NCBI GenBank assembly: GCA_964489545.1
Contig: CAZAZE010000009.1
Span: forward strand, 3,035 to 67,034
Direction of reading: 5' to 3'
Origin: an uncultured Bacteroidales bacterium
GTDB lineage: Bacteria; Bacteroidota; Bacteroidia; Bacteroidales; JAGOPY01
Length of the DNA stretch: 64,000 nt
Position 1 is the stretch's first letter, and every line of letters starts with the position of its first letter. Below the pieces are notes generated by a model. The model had not been told where the DNA came from. It ran no database searches and worked only from the letters and a program-made list of their open reading frames with translations. Made by a program: the position numbers and the translations under genes. Shown one piece after another: positions 55,201-64,000 of the stretch.

Positions 55201-58200
55201 GCTGAGGGCAGCTTGGCGGCGTTTGTATGATCACATTGTTGACCATCAGGTCATTGTCAGCGTTTTCAACAGTGGATTCAGCGTAAAATCCGATCTTCAC
55301 CACACCGGAATAGGCCGATAGATCAAGGATGATCTTTTCCCCGTTTGGGTTGATGTTGTTGTATACATAGGGTGAACCGGCATTATCCCATAGCCGTAAA
55401 GTATTGGCCGCAGTCCAGGTGGTTCCGCCGTCGGTGCTGATGACCACGGCGAATTTATCATCCGTCCCTGTCGTCTCAGGAGGACTGGAGGTGCCATATT
55501 CATTGAGGGTGAGTTCGAATTCCAGCTGGTATGCTCCGGTTCCCAGATCGACGGCGGGTGTGACCAGCCAATGTTTCACTGCCGTACTCCACACATTAAT
55601 TTTTGCAGCCCTGTCAACAGGACTCGTCACGTTCCGCCAGTCGTCCTGATACCAATTTAATGTAGAGGGCAATAAGGTGCTTGGACTGGCAAGAAATCCT
55701 GTTAATCGTGACCAGCATGGTGGCGGAAATTGGCTGGCTTCGAAATCCTGCTCATAAGGAAGTGCGTAAATGTCGCAAAAAGTGGTGTCGTTGGCCATTA
55801 TGCCGGTAGTGGAGTAAATGGTAGCCGCATCTACCGACCAGGCTTTGTAATAATAAATAGTTCCCCAGTTGAGCGCTGTATGTGAGAAAGCAGTAGCAGG
55901 CCCGTTGTAAATGACGGTACCGGCGGTCGGCAGGGAATTGCCTGTGCTGTATGTGGTTCCATTGGCCGGTTGACCGAAGGAATTACTGCTGTTGTATGCG
56001 ATAATGACATTGTGGCCGGATGCGTTTTGCGTCCAGGAAAGATCAATCTGAGTCGGGCTGATGCCTGTTGCAGTCAGGGATAAAGGAGCAGGTACTGCCG
56101 GAGCGGTTTGAGTGTTAACCCCGGTGGAGTAATTGTTCGTCCCATCAATCGACCAGGCACTGTAGTAATATGTTACGCCAAACGTCAGGCCGGTGTGGGT
56201 AACCGGCGATGTGGTTCCGTTGTAGAGCAGTGTTCCCCCGGCAAAGGGCTCACCCACGGCCGGTGGTGCGCCGCTGGGCGCATCGAAGGTGCCCAGATTA
56301 TTCCACACGATAACTACATTGTTCACCGGGTCGCCCGTGGGTGTGAAGGTGATTTGATTTGCGGTTGAACTGTAAGGGGCGGCTGAGAATCCTGTTGGTG
56401 GCAGCAGGGATAATGCGGTGAATTCACCTTCATCAGCTCCGATATCCGGTGCGCTGCCGGTCCCCATATAACCCGTTTCGCCCTGCCGGATATCCCCGTC
56501 AATATCATCTGCAACGGCCACCGGCGTGGTGATGCGAGCGCCGCCGCTTTCGATGAAGGTTATCACATCAGGATCGATGTGCAGGTCTGTCAGGCTTTGA
56601 AATGGAGCGTCTTCAGTGACGGCAAGAGCATCTCTCGGACTTACCCTTGCCTGGTATGCAATTAGCGTCTGATCTGAATTTGTGCCGTCATAAAAGATTA
56701 AATTTTTGGTCCCGGGGGTGCCGGCATAATAAAGATTGTTGTTTGTATTGGCTCCGATATTGGTCAGCGATGTGGTGGTTTTATAAAACGCTACAGCCCT
56801 CATGCCTGTGGCCACATTGGCTTTATTGATAAAAATGTTGTTCCGCAGATCTACAGTGGAAGGTCCGGCGGTGACATAGAGGGCGGCGCTTTGGTTTGAT
56901 GTAGATGTGGAAACATAATCCACCAGAACGGAATTATTGAAAATATTATTCGTCGTTCCGCCAGAGAGGTTTAGCGCCCTGACGCCCGGCGTGCCGGTGG
57001 ATCCGGGGGCTTTAATATCACTGATGAAGTTGTTGTACACATTATTTGTGGTCCCTCCGGTAATGGCCATGCCGTAAGCGATATAGCTTGAAGTGCCGGT
57101 ATAATGGACTGAATATATTTTGTTTTTGTATATGTTATTCGTGCTGCCAGAAGAGACATGAAGTCCAAAAACACTGTAGGCAGCGGTAATATTGTGAATC
57201 TTATTCAGATAGATGTTATGCGCTGATCCTGCGGTAATGTTAATACCATAAATAGCAGAGGAGGTCGAGGTCCCTGTTATTGAGTGAATGTCATTGGAGT
57301 GATAAGTGACCGTGTTGCTGCTGCCCAGGTTCTCATATATGCCAAACATGGCTGTAGCCGCCGTCAGGTTGCTGATGGTGGTATTGGCGATCGTCAGGTT
57401 GGTCTGGTAAGCAATATAAATACCGTAAACCGTGCTTACTAAATTGTTTCCGATATCTGTGATCACACTCGACCCGCCCCCTTCCGTGTTCACTTCATTG
57501 CCATTATCAGGATAACTGATGGAGCCATAAAAATAATAGCCATTGTATGCCTCCCTGATGGTGTTGTTGTAAAACTTGTTATTCGCGTTGGTCGTTCCTG
57601 AGCTGGACGCAAGCGAGTAAAGGTATACGCCTCTGCTGTTGGTGTTGGATTTGGTCAGATCGATGATGCAGTTCCGTATCGTGTTGTTCTGGCAACCGTC
57701 AGACGAGCTGCCTGCAAGGTAGAAACCAAACTCAACATAATCTGACGACGCCGTTCCGGCATCGCGGATATCCAGTCCGTTGAAAGTCAAATAGTCACAT
57801 CGATCAAGTTTGAAGCAGGCATTTGTACCGAGGGCCGTACCTGTGAAATTGATGACCGGCTTTGTGCCGGCACCGGATTGCTGGAAAATGATCGGATTGC
57901 TTGAAGTCCCGGTTGCCGTTATGGTTATTTCTGTTTCATTGAACGTAGCGCCGTCGGCAACAAGAAATGTTACGCCCCCGGTTCCTGGTCCATTTAAGTT
58001 AAGGCTTGACACCGCTGCCGCAAACGTGGTGAAGTTGTTGCTGCCGCTTCCGTTGGGATCGATCGTATAAGTGCCGGTCATCGGGACGGGGGTGAAAGAG
58101 ATCAGCGAAATATTGTCGATAGCAGCAGGGGGTTGTGTGCCTGCCGAGTTGTCATTCCGCCAGCTGAACACTAGACGCTGCGTGGTCCCGGCTGCACTGC

Positions 58201-58684
58201 CGGGTATGGTTATTGATTCGGATGTATAAGAAGTTTGCTGATTATAATATGTCAATCCCAATTGCCCCGTTGTGAGTTGGGTCCCGGCAACAGGAGTGGT
58301 GGTCGTAGGCACGAGGAACACCCTGAGGTAATCATAAGTGGATTCACCGAAGCCTTTCCAGTCAAATGACAGCGTAATGGCCGTCTCTCCGGAAGGAAAT
58401 GTCACATCCCGATAAAAATGCGAAACCTGCGAAGTAGTAATTGTGTAAGCATTGCTTGCACCGGCATCGTTGGAAACATAGGCGCCATTTACGCCTCCAT
58501 TGCTCGTGGCGGTCCCTATCGCCCAGATATTCGTCGTGTGGTTCACAACAGTCCAGCCATTGGCCGGGAATGTGCTGCCATTTTCAAATCCCCCATCGCC
58601 CGAAGGGGAGATCAGGGTGGTCTGTCCCAGGATCATCCCTGGAACACTGAGCAGTAAAACGATAAGCGTTGATGTCCTTTTCAT
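52274..58684 (-). CDS. Giant (2136 aa) secreted protein: MAM/cleaved-adhesin-like modules, beta-helix-like repeats related to the other two giants, FN3-like modules; no T9SS CTD at the end
   Basis: Signal peptide MKRTSTLIVLLLSVPGMILGQ (ATG at 58684). TGTYTIDPNGSGSNNFTTFAAAVSSLNLNGPGTGGVTF parallels the N-termini of the other giants. Ends in WTGLGSSASWFDAGNWDRG... Confidence 0.85.
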   Translation of the reverse strand: MKRTSTLIVLLLSVPGMILGQTTLISPSGDGGFENGSTFPANGWTVVNHTTNIWAIGTATSNGGVNGAYVSNDAGASNAYTITTSQVSHFYRDVTFPSGETAITLSFDWKGFGESTYDYLRVFLVPTTTTPVAGTQLTTGQLGLTYYNQQTSYTSESITIPGSAAGTTQRLVFSWRNDNSAGTQPPAAIDNISLISFTPVPMTGTYTIDPNGSGSNNFTTFAAAVSSLNLNGPGTGGVTFLVADGATFNETEITITATGTSSNPIIFQQSGAGTKPVINFTGTALGTNACFKLDRCDYLTFNGLDIRDAGTASSDYVEFGFYLAGSSSDGCQNNTIRNCIIDLTKSNTNSRGVYLYSLASSSGTTNANNKFYNNTIREAYNGYYFYGSISYPDNGNEVNTEGGGSSVITDIGNNLVSTVYGIYIAYQTNLTIANTTISNLTAATAMFGIYENLGSSNTVTYHSNDIHSITGTSTSSAIYGINITAGSAHNIYLNKIHNITAAYSVFGLHVSSGSTNNIYKNKIYSVHYTGTSSYIAYGMAITGGTTNNVYNNFISDIKAPGSTGTPGVRALNLSGGTTNNIFNNSVLVDYVSTSTSNQSAALYVTAGPSTVDLRNNIFINKANVATGMRAVAFYKTTTSLTNIGANTNNNLYYAGTPGTKNLIFYDGTNSDQTLIAYQARVSPRDALAVTEDAPFQSLTDLHIDPDVITFIESGGARITTPVAVADDIDGDIRQGETGYMGTGSAPDIGADEGEFTALSLLPPTGFSAAPYSSTANQITFTPTGDPVNNVVIVWNNLGTFDAPSGAPPAVGEPFAGGTLLYNGTTSPVTHTGLTFGVTYYYSAWSIDGTNNYSTGVNTQTAPAVPAPLSLTATGISPTQIDLSWTQNASGHNVIIAYNSSNSFGQPANGTTYSTGNSLPTAGTVIYNGPATAFSHTALNWGTIYYYKAWSVDAATIYSTTGIMANDTTFCDIYALPYEQDFEASQFPPPCWSRLTGFLASPSTLLPSTLNWYQDDWRNVTSPVDRAAKINVWSTAVKHWLVTPAVDLGTGAYQLEFELTLNEYGTSSPPETTGTDDKFAVVISTDGGTTWTAANTLRLWDNAGSPYVYNNINPNGEKIILDLSAYSGVVKIGFYAESTVENADNDLMVNNVIIQTPPSCPQPYALNTSGINSHSAVLEWTPVGNETLWEVIYGPTGFDPNTSGTLIQGISAHPYTLDPPLNPSTSYDWYVRTDCGAARETSAWAGPGNFTTLCAPYSIPWAEGFESLSEVGSGIIPECMLEIGDWTTHNESATYNRSPHSGTNYIYTYYSADDWLITGGFNLTGGQTYAFSFWYIMDGATPWTIETKYGAFQSVNAMTESFGAALVNPINTTYQQYTAYLTPAVSGEYYIGIHVTATFDPDFCSFDDLELALPPSCPAPIDLITENITATAADLNWTQIGDAATWDIIYGAEGFDPATEGTLISGVTAKPYTLNLLNPVTTYDWYVRADCGASREFSDWSAKASFTTSLCDPEDQCAYTFNLIDTYGDGWNGASMQVLQNGSVVATLGTGFTDGETDQEIVMLCDGIDFSVFWSNGGSWPAECGLEILDAFLNQLYYQVPVGSGNVGEVLYTGTVMCALPACPAPTSLQASDITGSSATLDWESWPDSFFDVFYMPVGGDPEEDGTRLFGVPEPPLVISGLEPSTEYSWNVRTDCGFETPKVDNFWMAMPTLGGLDPALSGGTIDEPEQGENGTWYLYPNAPGGRQWWNIWFYNDPPDTTRIKKIRMGFWINTYNPLNPGTLYYVINWSDSSWQGTGFPLPANEAFVRRSPTNGPLDISPNTPQWVELYFIVPEYNPEWVSVDLWGENIIIEQVPASPPAGSPLLTYWLPGMPGGLIVHECLPKESMSDWGGPATFTTACGAFPIPYVQNFDGVTAPQIPLCMTVNDHNSDAVTWKTSASYPKSSPNSMYVGYNSTLPMNDWFFTPALSMTPGNYWVSFWYRGSGITFPEKLEVKWGSAPSAAGMTNGPVFDNNYITNATYAEGTGTITVTSAGDYYVGWHGYSNANMFYLVVDDIRVQALYYWTGLGSSASWFDAGNWDRGAVPDATCIAIIPSSHPGPLLPEVPAGTATCFGLRIETGKTVNVLPGARLEVLNP

Positions 58685-58921
58685 GATATTGGCGTTGGTT
58701 AAGATTTTTCGTTGAAGGAACTGTGATCGAAAGCAAGGCGGTAATCCTGCCTTGCCATTAAGCGAAGACAACCCAGGCCCGGAAATGCGTAAAGTAATAA
58801 AGAGGAGTCATGGCTTGGTCTTTTTCCAGGAATGAGTAAATATAGAAAAAGATCAAATACTAATTGAACAGAGGATCTCCTGATCAATAATTTAGAATGA
58901 TTATTAGCAACGACGAGTGCC

Positions 58922-59902
58922 CTATTTCGCCTCGCTCAGGTCCCGGAACAACTTCATCAGCACCAGCGTCAGCGGAACGCCCAGCACCGCACCCGGCATG
59001 CCCAGGATCCACCCCCAGACGATCAGCGACATAAAAGTGGTCAGCAATGAAATATTCAGGCTCTCCTTCATGAAGATCGGCCGGACAACGTTCTCCACCA
59101 CCGCGTTGATCAGCCAGAAGCCGATGAACACGGCCAGGGCCTGCCAGCCGCCCAGCATCAGCAGGGCGATAAGCATCGGCGGAATGAATGAGATGATGAA
59201 CCCGATGTTGGGGATGAAATTCATCAGGAACGAGAGAAAGGCCCAGAGGAACGGGAAATCGACCCCGAGGATCAGCAGCAGGAAGAAATTAAGCACTGCC
59301 GTGATCACACCCGTGAGCGCCGTGATGTTCACGTACTTCCTCAGGTCGCCGCCCATGCCGGTCAGCCATTTGAGGTGCGTTGCCTCATCGCGTTTTCCCT
59401 TCCGCATATCGACCTGGTAACTGATGATCTCGATGACCATGAAGGCGATCAGCATCGCGATGATGAACGACGAACTGATGATATTGGTCAGCCCGCCGAA
59501 TATCTTACCGGCGTAGCCCAGGATCTTTTCCGGGCTGATGTTCACCTTGTGCAGCAGATCGGAGATATCCACATTGTTCAGCGCGGCGAATTCCTGGAGA
59601 TCATTGTAAAAAACAGTAAGCTTTTCTTCATACACCGGCAGTTTCTCCACGATGCTGGCGATGGAGTTGGCCAGCAGCAGGGTGATCAGAAATCCGCCCA
59701 CCAGGATCACGACCAGTGCAATGCCGATCGAGAGCCCTTTTGGCACGCCTTTCCGGTTCAGCCAGTCGGGCAGGGGCGTGATGCACATGGTCAGCAGGAA
59801 GGCCAGCAGGATCTGGTTGATGATCCCGGCGCCCAGTTTCAATCCGGCAATGATGACGACCACAGCCGCGGCGCCGACTAAATATTGCACAATGGGTTTC
59901 AT
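58922..59902 (-). CDS. AI-2E (PerM/UPF0118) family transporter
   Basis: Multi-span membrane protein with family-typical sequence (NFIPNIGFIISFIPPMLIALL). Confidence 0.75.
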   Translation of the reverse strand: MKPIVQYLVGAAAVVVIIAGLKLGAGIINQILLAFLLTMCITPLPDWLNRKGVPKGLSIGIALVVILVGGFLITLLLANSIASIVEKLPVYEEKLTVFYNDLQEFAALNNVDISDLLHKVNISPEKILGYAGKIFGGLTNIISSSFIIAMLIAFMVIEIISYQVDMRKGKRDEATHLKWLTGMGGDLRKYVNITALTGVITAVLNFFLLLILGVDFPFLWAFLSFLMNFIPNIGFIISFIPPMLIALLMLGGWQALAVFIGFWLINAVVENVVRPIFMKESLNISLLTTFMSLIVWGWILGMPGAVLGVPLTLVLMKLFRDLSEAK

Positions 59903-59980
59903 AAGGTGAAGAATTTGGCGGCCGAAAGTTACTGATTTCCCCGCCTCAAAAACCAGAAATAATTTCGCACCCCGAAAATC

Positions 59981-60092
59981 AGAATTCAGAACTCAGAACT
60001 CAGAACTCAGAACTCAGAACTCAGAACTCAGAACTCAGAACTCATAACTCAGAACTCAGAACTCAGAACTCAGAACTCAGAACTCAGAACAC
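59981..60092. repeat. Heptamer tandem array AGAACTC x ~16
   Basis: Read directly. Variants are agaattc (first unit) and ataactc (one internal unit). It overlaps the last 6 codons and the stop of the RluA-family gene. Confidence 0.9.
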
Positions 60093-60774
60093 TCCAAACC
60101 TTCTCCTCCGGAACCGGCGCCGTAACGCTGATGAACGCCCCGCTCACCGGGTGCGTGAATTCCAGGAGCCGGGCGTGCAGGTGGATGGAGCCGTCAGGGT
60201 TGGAACGGGGATAGCCGTATTTCAGATCGCCGCGAATGGCGAACCCGACAGCCGAAAGCTGCGCCCGGATCTGGTGGTGCCGCCCGGTGAGCAGTTCCAC
60301 TTCCAGCAGGCTGTACCGGTCGCCCGTGGCGAGGATCCGGTATTTCAGCTCCGCTCTCAGGCGACCCGGGCCGGGCAGATCGTAAACGTATGACTTATTT
60401 TGCGATTCGTTCTTTTTGAGGTAGTGGGTCAGGTGGTTCCAGGTTCCAGGTTCCAGGGTTCCAGGTTCCTGATGCCGACTGCACACCGCCCAATACACCT
60501 TCCTGATCTCCCGTTTCTGCAGCATCGCATTCATCCGGGCCAGCGCCTTGCTGGTCCGCGCGAAGATGACCGCCCCGCTGACGGGCCGGTCGAGGCGGTG
60601 CACCACGCCCAGGAAGACATTCCCGGGTTTCTGATATTTCTCTTTCAGGTATCGCTTTACCGCTTCCCCTAATGGCTCATCTCCGGTCTTATCCCCCTGC
60701 GTGATCTCCCCTGGCCGCTTGTTCACAACCAGCAGGTGATTGTCTTCGTAAATTATACGGTCACGGACCATCAA
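60070..60774 (-). CDS. RluA-family pseudouridine synthase
   Basis: VVHRLDRPVSG catalytic-Asp motif and GRHHQIRAQL. Confidence 0.85.
   Translation of the reverse strand: MMVRDRIIYEDNHLLVVNKRPGEITQGDKTGDEPLGEAVKRYLKEKYQKPGNVFLGVVHRLDRPVSGAVIFARTSKALARMNAMLQKREIRKVYWAVCSRHQEPGTLEPGTWNHLTHYLKKNESQNKSYVYDLPGPGRLRAELKYRILATGDRYSLLEVELLTGRHHQIRAQLSAVGFAIRGDLKYGYPRSNPDGSIHLHARLLEFTHPVSGAFISVTAPVPEEKVWSVLSSEF
60435..60469. repeat. Heptamer array GGTTCCA x ~5 inside the RluA-family coding sequence
   Basis: ggttccaggttccaggttccagggttccaggttcc encodes ...QEPGTLEPGTWNH... in frame on the minus strand. Confidence 0.85.
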
Positions 60775-61593
60775 TCAGTACTGCTCGCGTTCGTTCGGGA
60801 AATCCACCGATTTCACATCATCGATGTAGGCCTGCACCGAGCCTTTGATCTCTTCGTTGAGGTTGTGGTAGCGGCGCAGGAAACGCGGGGAGAACTTCTG
60901 ATTGATGCCGAGCATGTCGTGCAGTACGAGCACCTGCCCGTCGACGTGCGGACCGGCCCCGATGCCGATCGTTGGGATCTTGACGCTGCCGGTCACCTCA
61001 TTGGCCAGCCGGGCGGGGATCTTTTCGAGCACAATGGCGAAACATCCGGCATTTTCCAGCAGTCCGGCGTCTTCCTTGAGCTTTTCGGCCTCCATATCTT
61101 CGGTGGCCCGGACGACATAGGTCCCGAATTTGTTGATCGACTGAGGGGTGAGGCCCAGGTGTCCCATCACGGGGATGCCGGCCGAAAGGATCCGGTCGAT
61201 CGACTCCAGGATTTCCTTGCCTCCTTCCATTTTCACTGCGTTGGCGCCGGATTCCTTCATGATCCGTATGGCCGAATACAACGCTTCCTTGCTGTTGCCC
61301 TGGTAGGTTCCGAAAGGCAGATCGACCACCACCAGCGCCCTTTTGACCCCGCGCATGACCGATGAAGCATGGTAGATCATCTGTTCGAGCGTAATGGGCA
61401 GGGTGGTCGTGTGCCCGGCCATCACGTTCGAAGCGGAATCGCCGACCAGGATGACGTCTATGCCGGCATCGTCAAGAATCGTGGCGAACGAAAAATCATA
61501 CGCCGTCAGCATCGCGATCTTTTCACCCTTGAGTTTCATCTCCTGCAGTACGTGCGTGGTGATCTTGGCATATTTTCTGGAATCAGGCTGCAT
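60775..61593 (-). CDS. panB: 3-methyl-2-oxobutanoate hydroxymethyltransferase
   Basis: [36 protein letters not shown]..., KMEGG. Confidence 0.9.
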   Translation of the reverse strand: MQPDSRKYAKITTHVLQEMKLKGEKIAMLTAYDFSFATILDDAGIDVILVGDSASNVMAGHTTTLPITLEQMIYHASSVMRGVKRALVVVDLPFGTYQGNSKEALYSAIRIMKESGANAVKMEGGKEILESIDRILSAGIPVMGHLGLTPQSINKFGTYVVRATEDMEAEKLKEDAGLLENAGCFAIVLEKIPARLANEVTGSVKIPTIGIGAGPHVDGQVLVLHDMLGINQKFSPRFLRRYHNLNEEIKGSVQAYIDDVKSVDFPNEREQY

Positions 61594-61800
61594 TATTTTT
61601 CAGTTTTTGGCGTTATATACTGCAAAGTTAACAACAAATAATTCGAACCGCCGGCTAATTTATGGGTTAATAACCTAATTTTGCCCCCGCTGCAGACCAA
61701 TACATCAATCTGGGAGCATAGCCCATGATTTTAATGAAATATAAAATGCTGATAAGAATTTTTGGGAAACTCCGCTCCCGTATTTTCTCTCTTTTGCAAA

Positions 61801-61822
61801 CTGCCAACTGCCAACTGCCAAG
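61801..61822. repeat. Heptamer array CTGCCAA x 3
   Basis: ctgccaactgccaactgccaag, just upstream of the likely lipoprotein start. Confidence 0.7.
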
Positions 61823-61841
61823 TGTTTCCGGCCGACAGCTC

Positions 61842-62828
61842 ATGCTCGTGCCCCTGCTCATGCTGCTTCTGTTCGCCCCGGGCTGCGAAGAGGATTTCGA
61901 CATCACGGCGCCCTACCAGGACATTACCGTAGTCTTCGGCCTGGTCGACCCGGGCGAAGATTCTATCTTCGTCAAGATCAATAAAGCGTTCCTTGGTGAC
62001 GGTGACATTCTGGAGATGGCCAGAATAGAGGATTCCAGCAATTATGTCACTGCACTCCAGGCCGTGATCGAAGAATGGGAAAACGGCAGCATGGCCCGGT
62101 CTTACACCCTCGACACCATTACAATCAAGAACAAGGAGGAAGGCGTTTTTTACAATCCCTACCAGGTGGTATATTATGCCCCGTACGAGCCGGCGACGAC
62201 CCGCGAATACCGGCTGAAGATCAATGTGAACAACCGGGAGATCACCGCCAGTACGCCCCTGGTCAGGAATTTCAATATTGAAAAACCCAGCGCCGGTACC
62301 CGGTTTATCCAGTTCAAACCGGAGACCACAGGGGAAGTCGCCTGGGTTTCCGCAAAAAACGGCCGCCGCTATGAAGTGGTGATCCGTTTTAACTACAAGG
62401 AACTGTTCATCGGCAACCCGGATACCGTTTATCGCTCTATCGACTGGGCGATGGGGACCCGGAAATCCGTCAATACAAACGGGGGCGAGGAAATGAGCAT
62501 TTCCTACAGCAATGATGGCTTCTATACCCTGCTGGCCAACAAGGTCCCCTATTCTGATCCTGCCATGGAAGCCAGCGTCGCGGAGCGGTTTACCAATAAT
62601 GTCGACGTGTTCGTCGCCGTAGCCGTAGAAGAACTCAACACCTACATGGAGGTTAACGAGCCCTCCAGCAGCATCGTACAGGATAAGCCCGAATATACCA
62701 ACATCTCCGGCGGCACCGGGATCTTCTCCAGCCGTTTCCGGAACACCCGGAACAAAAAGGTCCACCCCGAAACCGTTGAATTCATCCAGACCCGGGAGGA
62801 AACCAGGGACCTGAAGTTCGTCTTCTGA
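61842..62828 (+). CDS. Hypothetical lipoprotein
   Basis: MLVPLLMLLLFAPGC lipobox. The start is uncertain: the track starts at 61725, upstream of a heptamer array. Confidence 0.5.
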   Translation: MLVPLLMLLLFAPGCEEDFDITAPYQDITVVFGLVDPGEDSIFVKINKAFLGDGDILEMARIEDSSNYVTALQAVIEEWENGSMARSYTLDTITIKNKEEGVFYNPYQVVYYAPYEPATTREYRLKINVNNREITASTPLVRNFNIEKPSAGTRFIQFKPETTGEVAWVSAKNGRRYEVVIRFNYKELFIGNPDTVYRSIDWAMGTRKSVNTNGGEEMSISYSNDGFYTLLANKVPYSDPAMEASVAERFTNNVDVFVAVAVEELNTYMEVNEPSSSIVQDKPEYTNISGGTGIFSSRFRNTRNKKVHPETVEFIQTREETRDLKFVF

Positions 62829-62944
62829 CCCTGCCTTTATGCCTTTCTGACGTTTTGTCACTTTATGTCAGTTTTCAGCGATTGGCATAATCATTGACGA
62901 TGATCGGTCATTTAAAGGAATAATCATCGTAAAAAATCTGATAT

Positions 62945-64000
62945 ATGGGAAAGATTATAGGCATTGACCTGGGAACGACCAACTCCTGCGTGGCCGTTAT
63001 GGAAGGCAACGAACCCGTGGTGATCCCCAACAGCGAAGGAAGAAGGACCACGCCTTCCATCGTGGCATTCACGGACAATAACGAGCGGAAAGTGGGCGAT
63101 CCGGCCAAACGGCAGGCCATCACCAACCCGAAACGGACGGTTTCCTCGATCAAGAGGATGATGGGTGAGCCCTACGACCGCATCACCACCGAACTGAACC
63201 GGGTGACTTACGAAGTGATTCGCGGCGACAACAACACCCCGAGGGTGAAGATCGACGACCGTTTTTATTCTCCGCAGGAGATCTCCGCCATGGTGCTTCA
63301 AAAGATGAAGAAGACCGCGGAGGATTACCTGGGCACCACGGTTAGCGAAGCGGTCATCACCGTACCGGCGTATTTCAGCGATTCGCAGCGGCAGGCCACC
63401 AAGGAAGCCGGCGAGATCGCGGGACTGAAGGTCCGCCGCATCATCAACGAACCCACCGCGGCCGCGCTGGCCTATGGGCTCGATAAAAAGAACAAAGACA
63501 TCAAAGTGGCCGTGTTCGACCTGGGCGGCGGCACCTTCGACATCTCCATCCTCGAACTGGGCGACGGCGTGTTTGAAGTGAAGTCGACCAATGGCAATAC
63601 GCACCTGGGCGGCGACGATTTTGACCAGACCGTGATCGACTGGCTGGCGGAGGAGTTTAAAAGCGATGAGGGCCTGGACCTGCGCAAGGACGCCATGGCC
63701 ATGCAGCGCCTGAAGGAAGCCGCCGAAAAGGCCAAGATCGAACTCTCCAGCTCCACGGAAACCGAGATCAACCTGCCGTACATCATGCCGGTCGACGGCG
63801 TGCCGAAGCACCTGGTGCGCAAACTCACACGCGCCAGGTTCGAACAGCTTATCGACAAGTATGTGCGCATGACGATAGACCCCTGCCGCCAGGCCCTCAA
63901 GGATGCCGGAATGAAGCCCGAAGAGGTTGACGAGGTCATCCTCGTCGGAGGGTCCACCCGCATCCCGGTGATCCAGCAGGTGGTTAAGGATTTCTTCGGA
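62945..64000 (+). CDS. dnaK: Chaperone DnaK (Hsp70), N-terminal 352 codons; continues beyond the right edge
   Basis: Not in the ORF track (no stop in the window). My translation from the ATG at 62945: [29 protein letters not shown]... Confidence 0.95.
   Translation, partial: MGKIIGIDLGTTNSCVAVMEGNEPVVIPNSEGRRTTPSIVAFTDNNERKVGDPAKRQAITNPKRTVSSIKRMMGEPYDRITTELNRVTYEVIRGDNNTPRVKIDDRFYSPQEISAMVLQKMKKTAEDYLGTTVSEAVITVPAYFSDSQRQATKEAGEIAGLKVRRIINEPTAAALAYGLDKKNKDIKVAVFDLGGGTFDISILELGDGVFEVKSTNGNTHLGGDDFDQTVIDWLAEEFKSDEGLDLRKDAMAMQRLKEAAEKAKIELSSSTETEINLPYIMPVDGVPKHLVRKLTRARFEQLIDKYVRMTIDPCRQALKDAGMKPEEVDEVILVGGSTRIPVIQQVVKDFFG

Noticed and set aside
61630-61700. tRNA-like fragment (ttcgaacc)
   Set aside because: No acceptor stem or cloverleaf can be drawn around it. 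It is an isolated 8-mer.

Overview
This 64-kb window reads like chromosomal DNA from an anaerobic Bacteroidota-type organism. It has several T9SS-type C-terminal sorting domains, no Shine-Dalgarno dependence, and the housekeeping genes obg, dnaK, purE, hpt and panB. All calls come from reading the sequence and ORF translations by eye; no database or HMM search was possible. Left to right, the window contains: (1) A visibly AT-rich island (1-~5260). It holds a DUF4007 (SspB-like) gene translationally coupled to a very large P-loop NTPase, plus an HNH reader-nuclease. The NTPase is missing from the supplied ORF track because it runs off the left edge. This looks like a truncated defence island. 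(2) A secreted ankyrin-repeat protein flanked by direct copies of a structured repeat. (3) A G+C-rich NuoE-like/NuoF-like/[2Fe-2S + GltD-like + NuoG/FdhA-like fusion]/rubrerythrin-like operon, probably a flavin-based NAD(P)H/ferredoxin oxidoreductase rather than complex I. (4) A tightly packed 11-gene lower-GC operon: DUF134, NifX-like, two DUF5320, CGGC, a MinD-ferredoxin-NifX fusion, radical SAM, a CobO-like gene, a methionine-gamma-lyase-family gene and an FAD disulfide reductase. It resembles a poorly characterised metallocofactor/Fe-S handling cluster. (5) A REC-REC-PPDK_N orphan signalling protein, and a Crp/Fnr regulator flanked by two genes that each carry a matching palindromic site. 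(6) Three giant paralogous beta-helix surface proteins (about 2140-2225 aa each, roughly 30% of the window). Two are in tandem and share a 1117-bp identical 3' block that includes the terminator. (7) Housekeeping genes. Intergenic spacers are unusually rich in heptamer/octamer tandem arrays and in 70-110-nt composite hairpin elements built from sub-repeats. Some of these arrays reach into coding sequence. No rRNA, tRNA, CRISPR array, transposase or integrase was seen.
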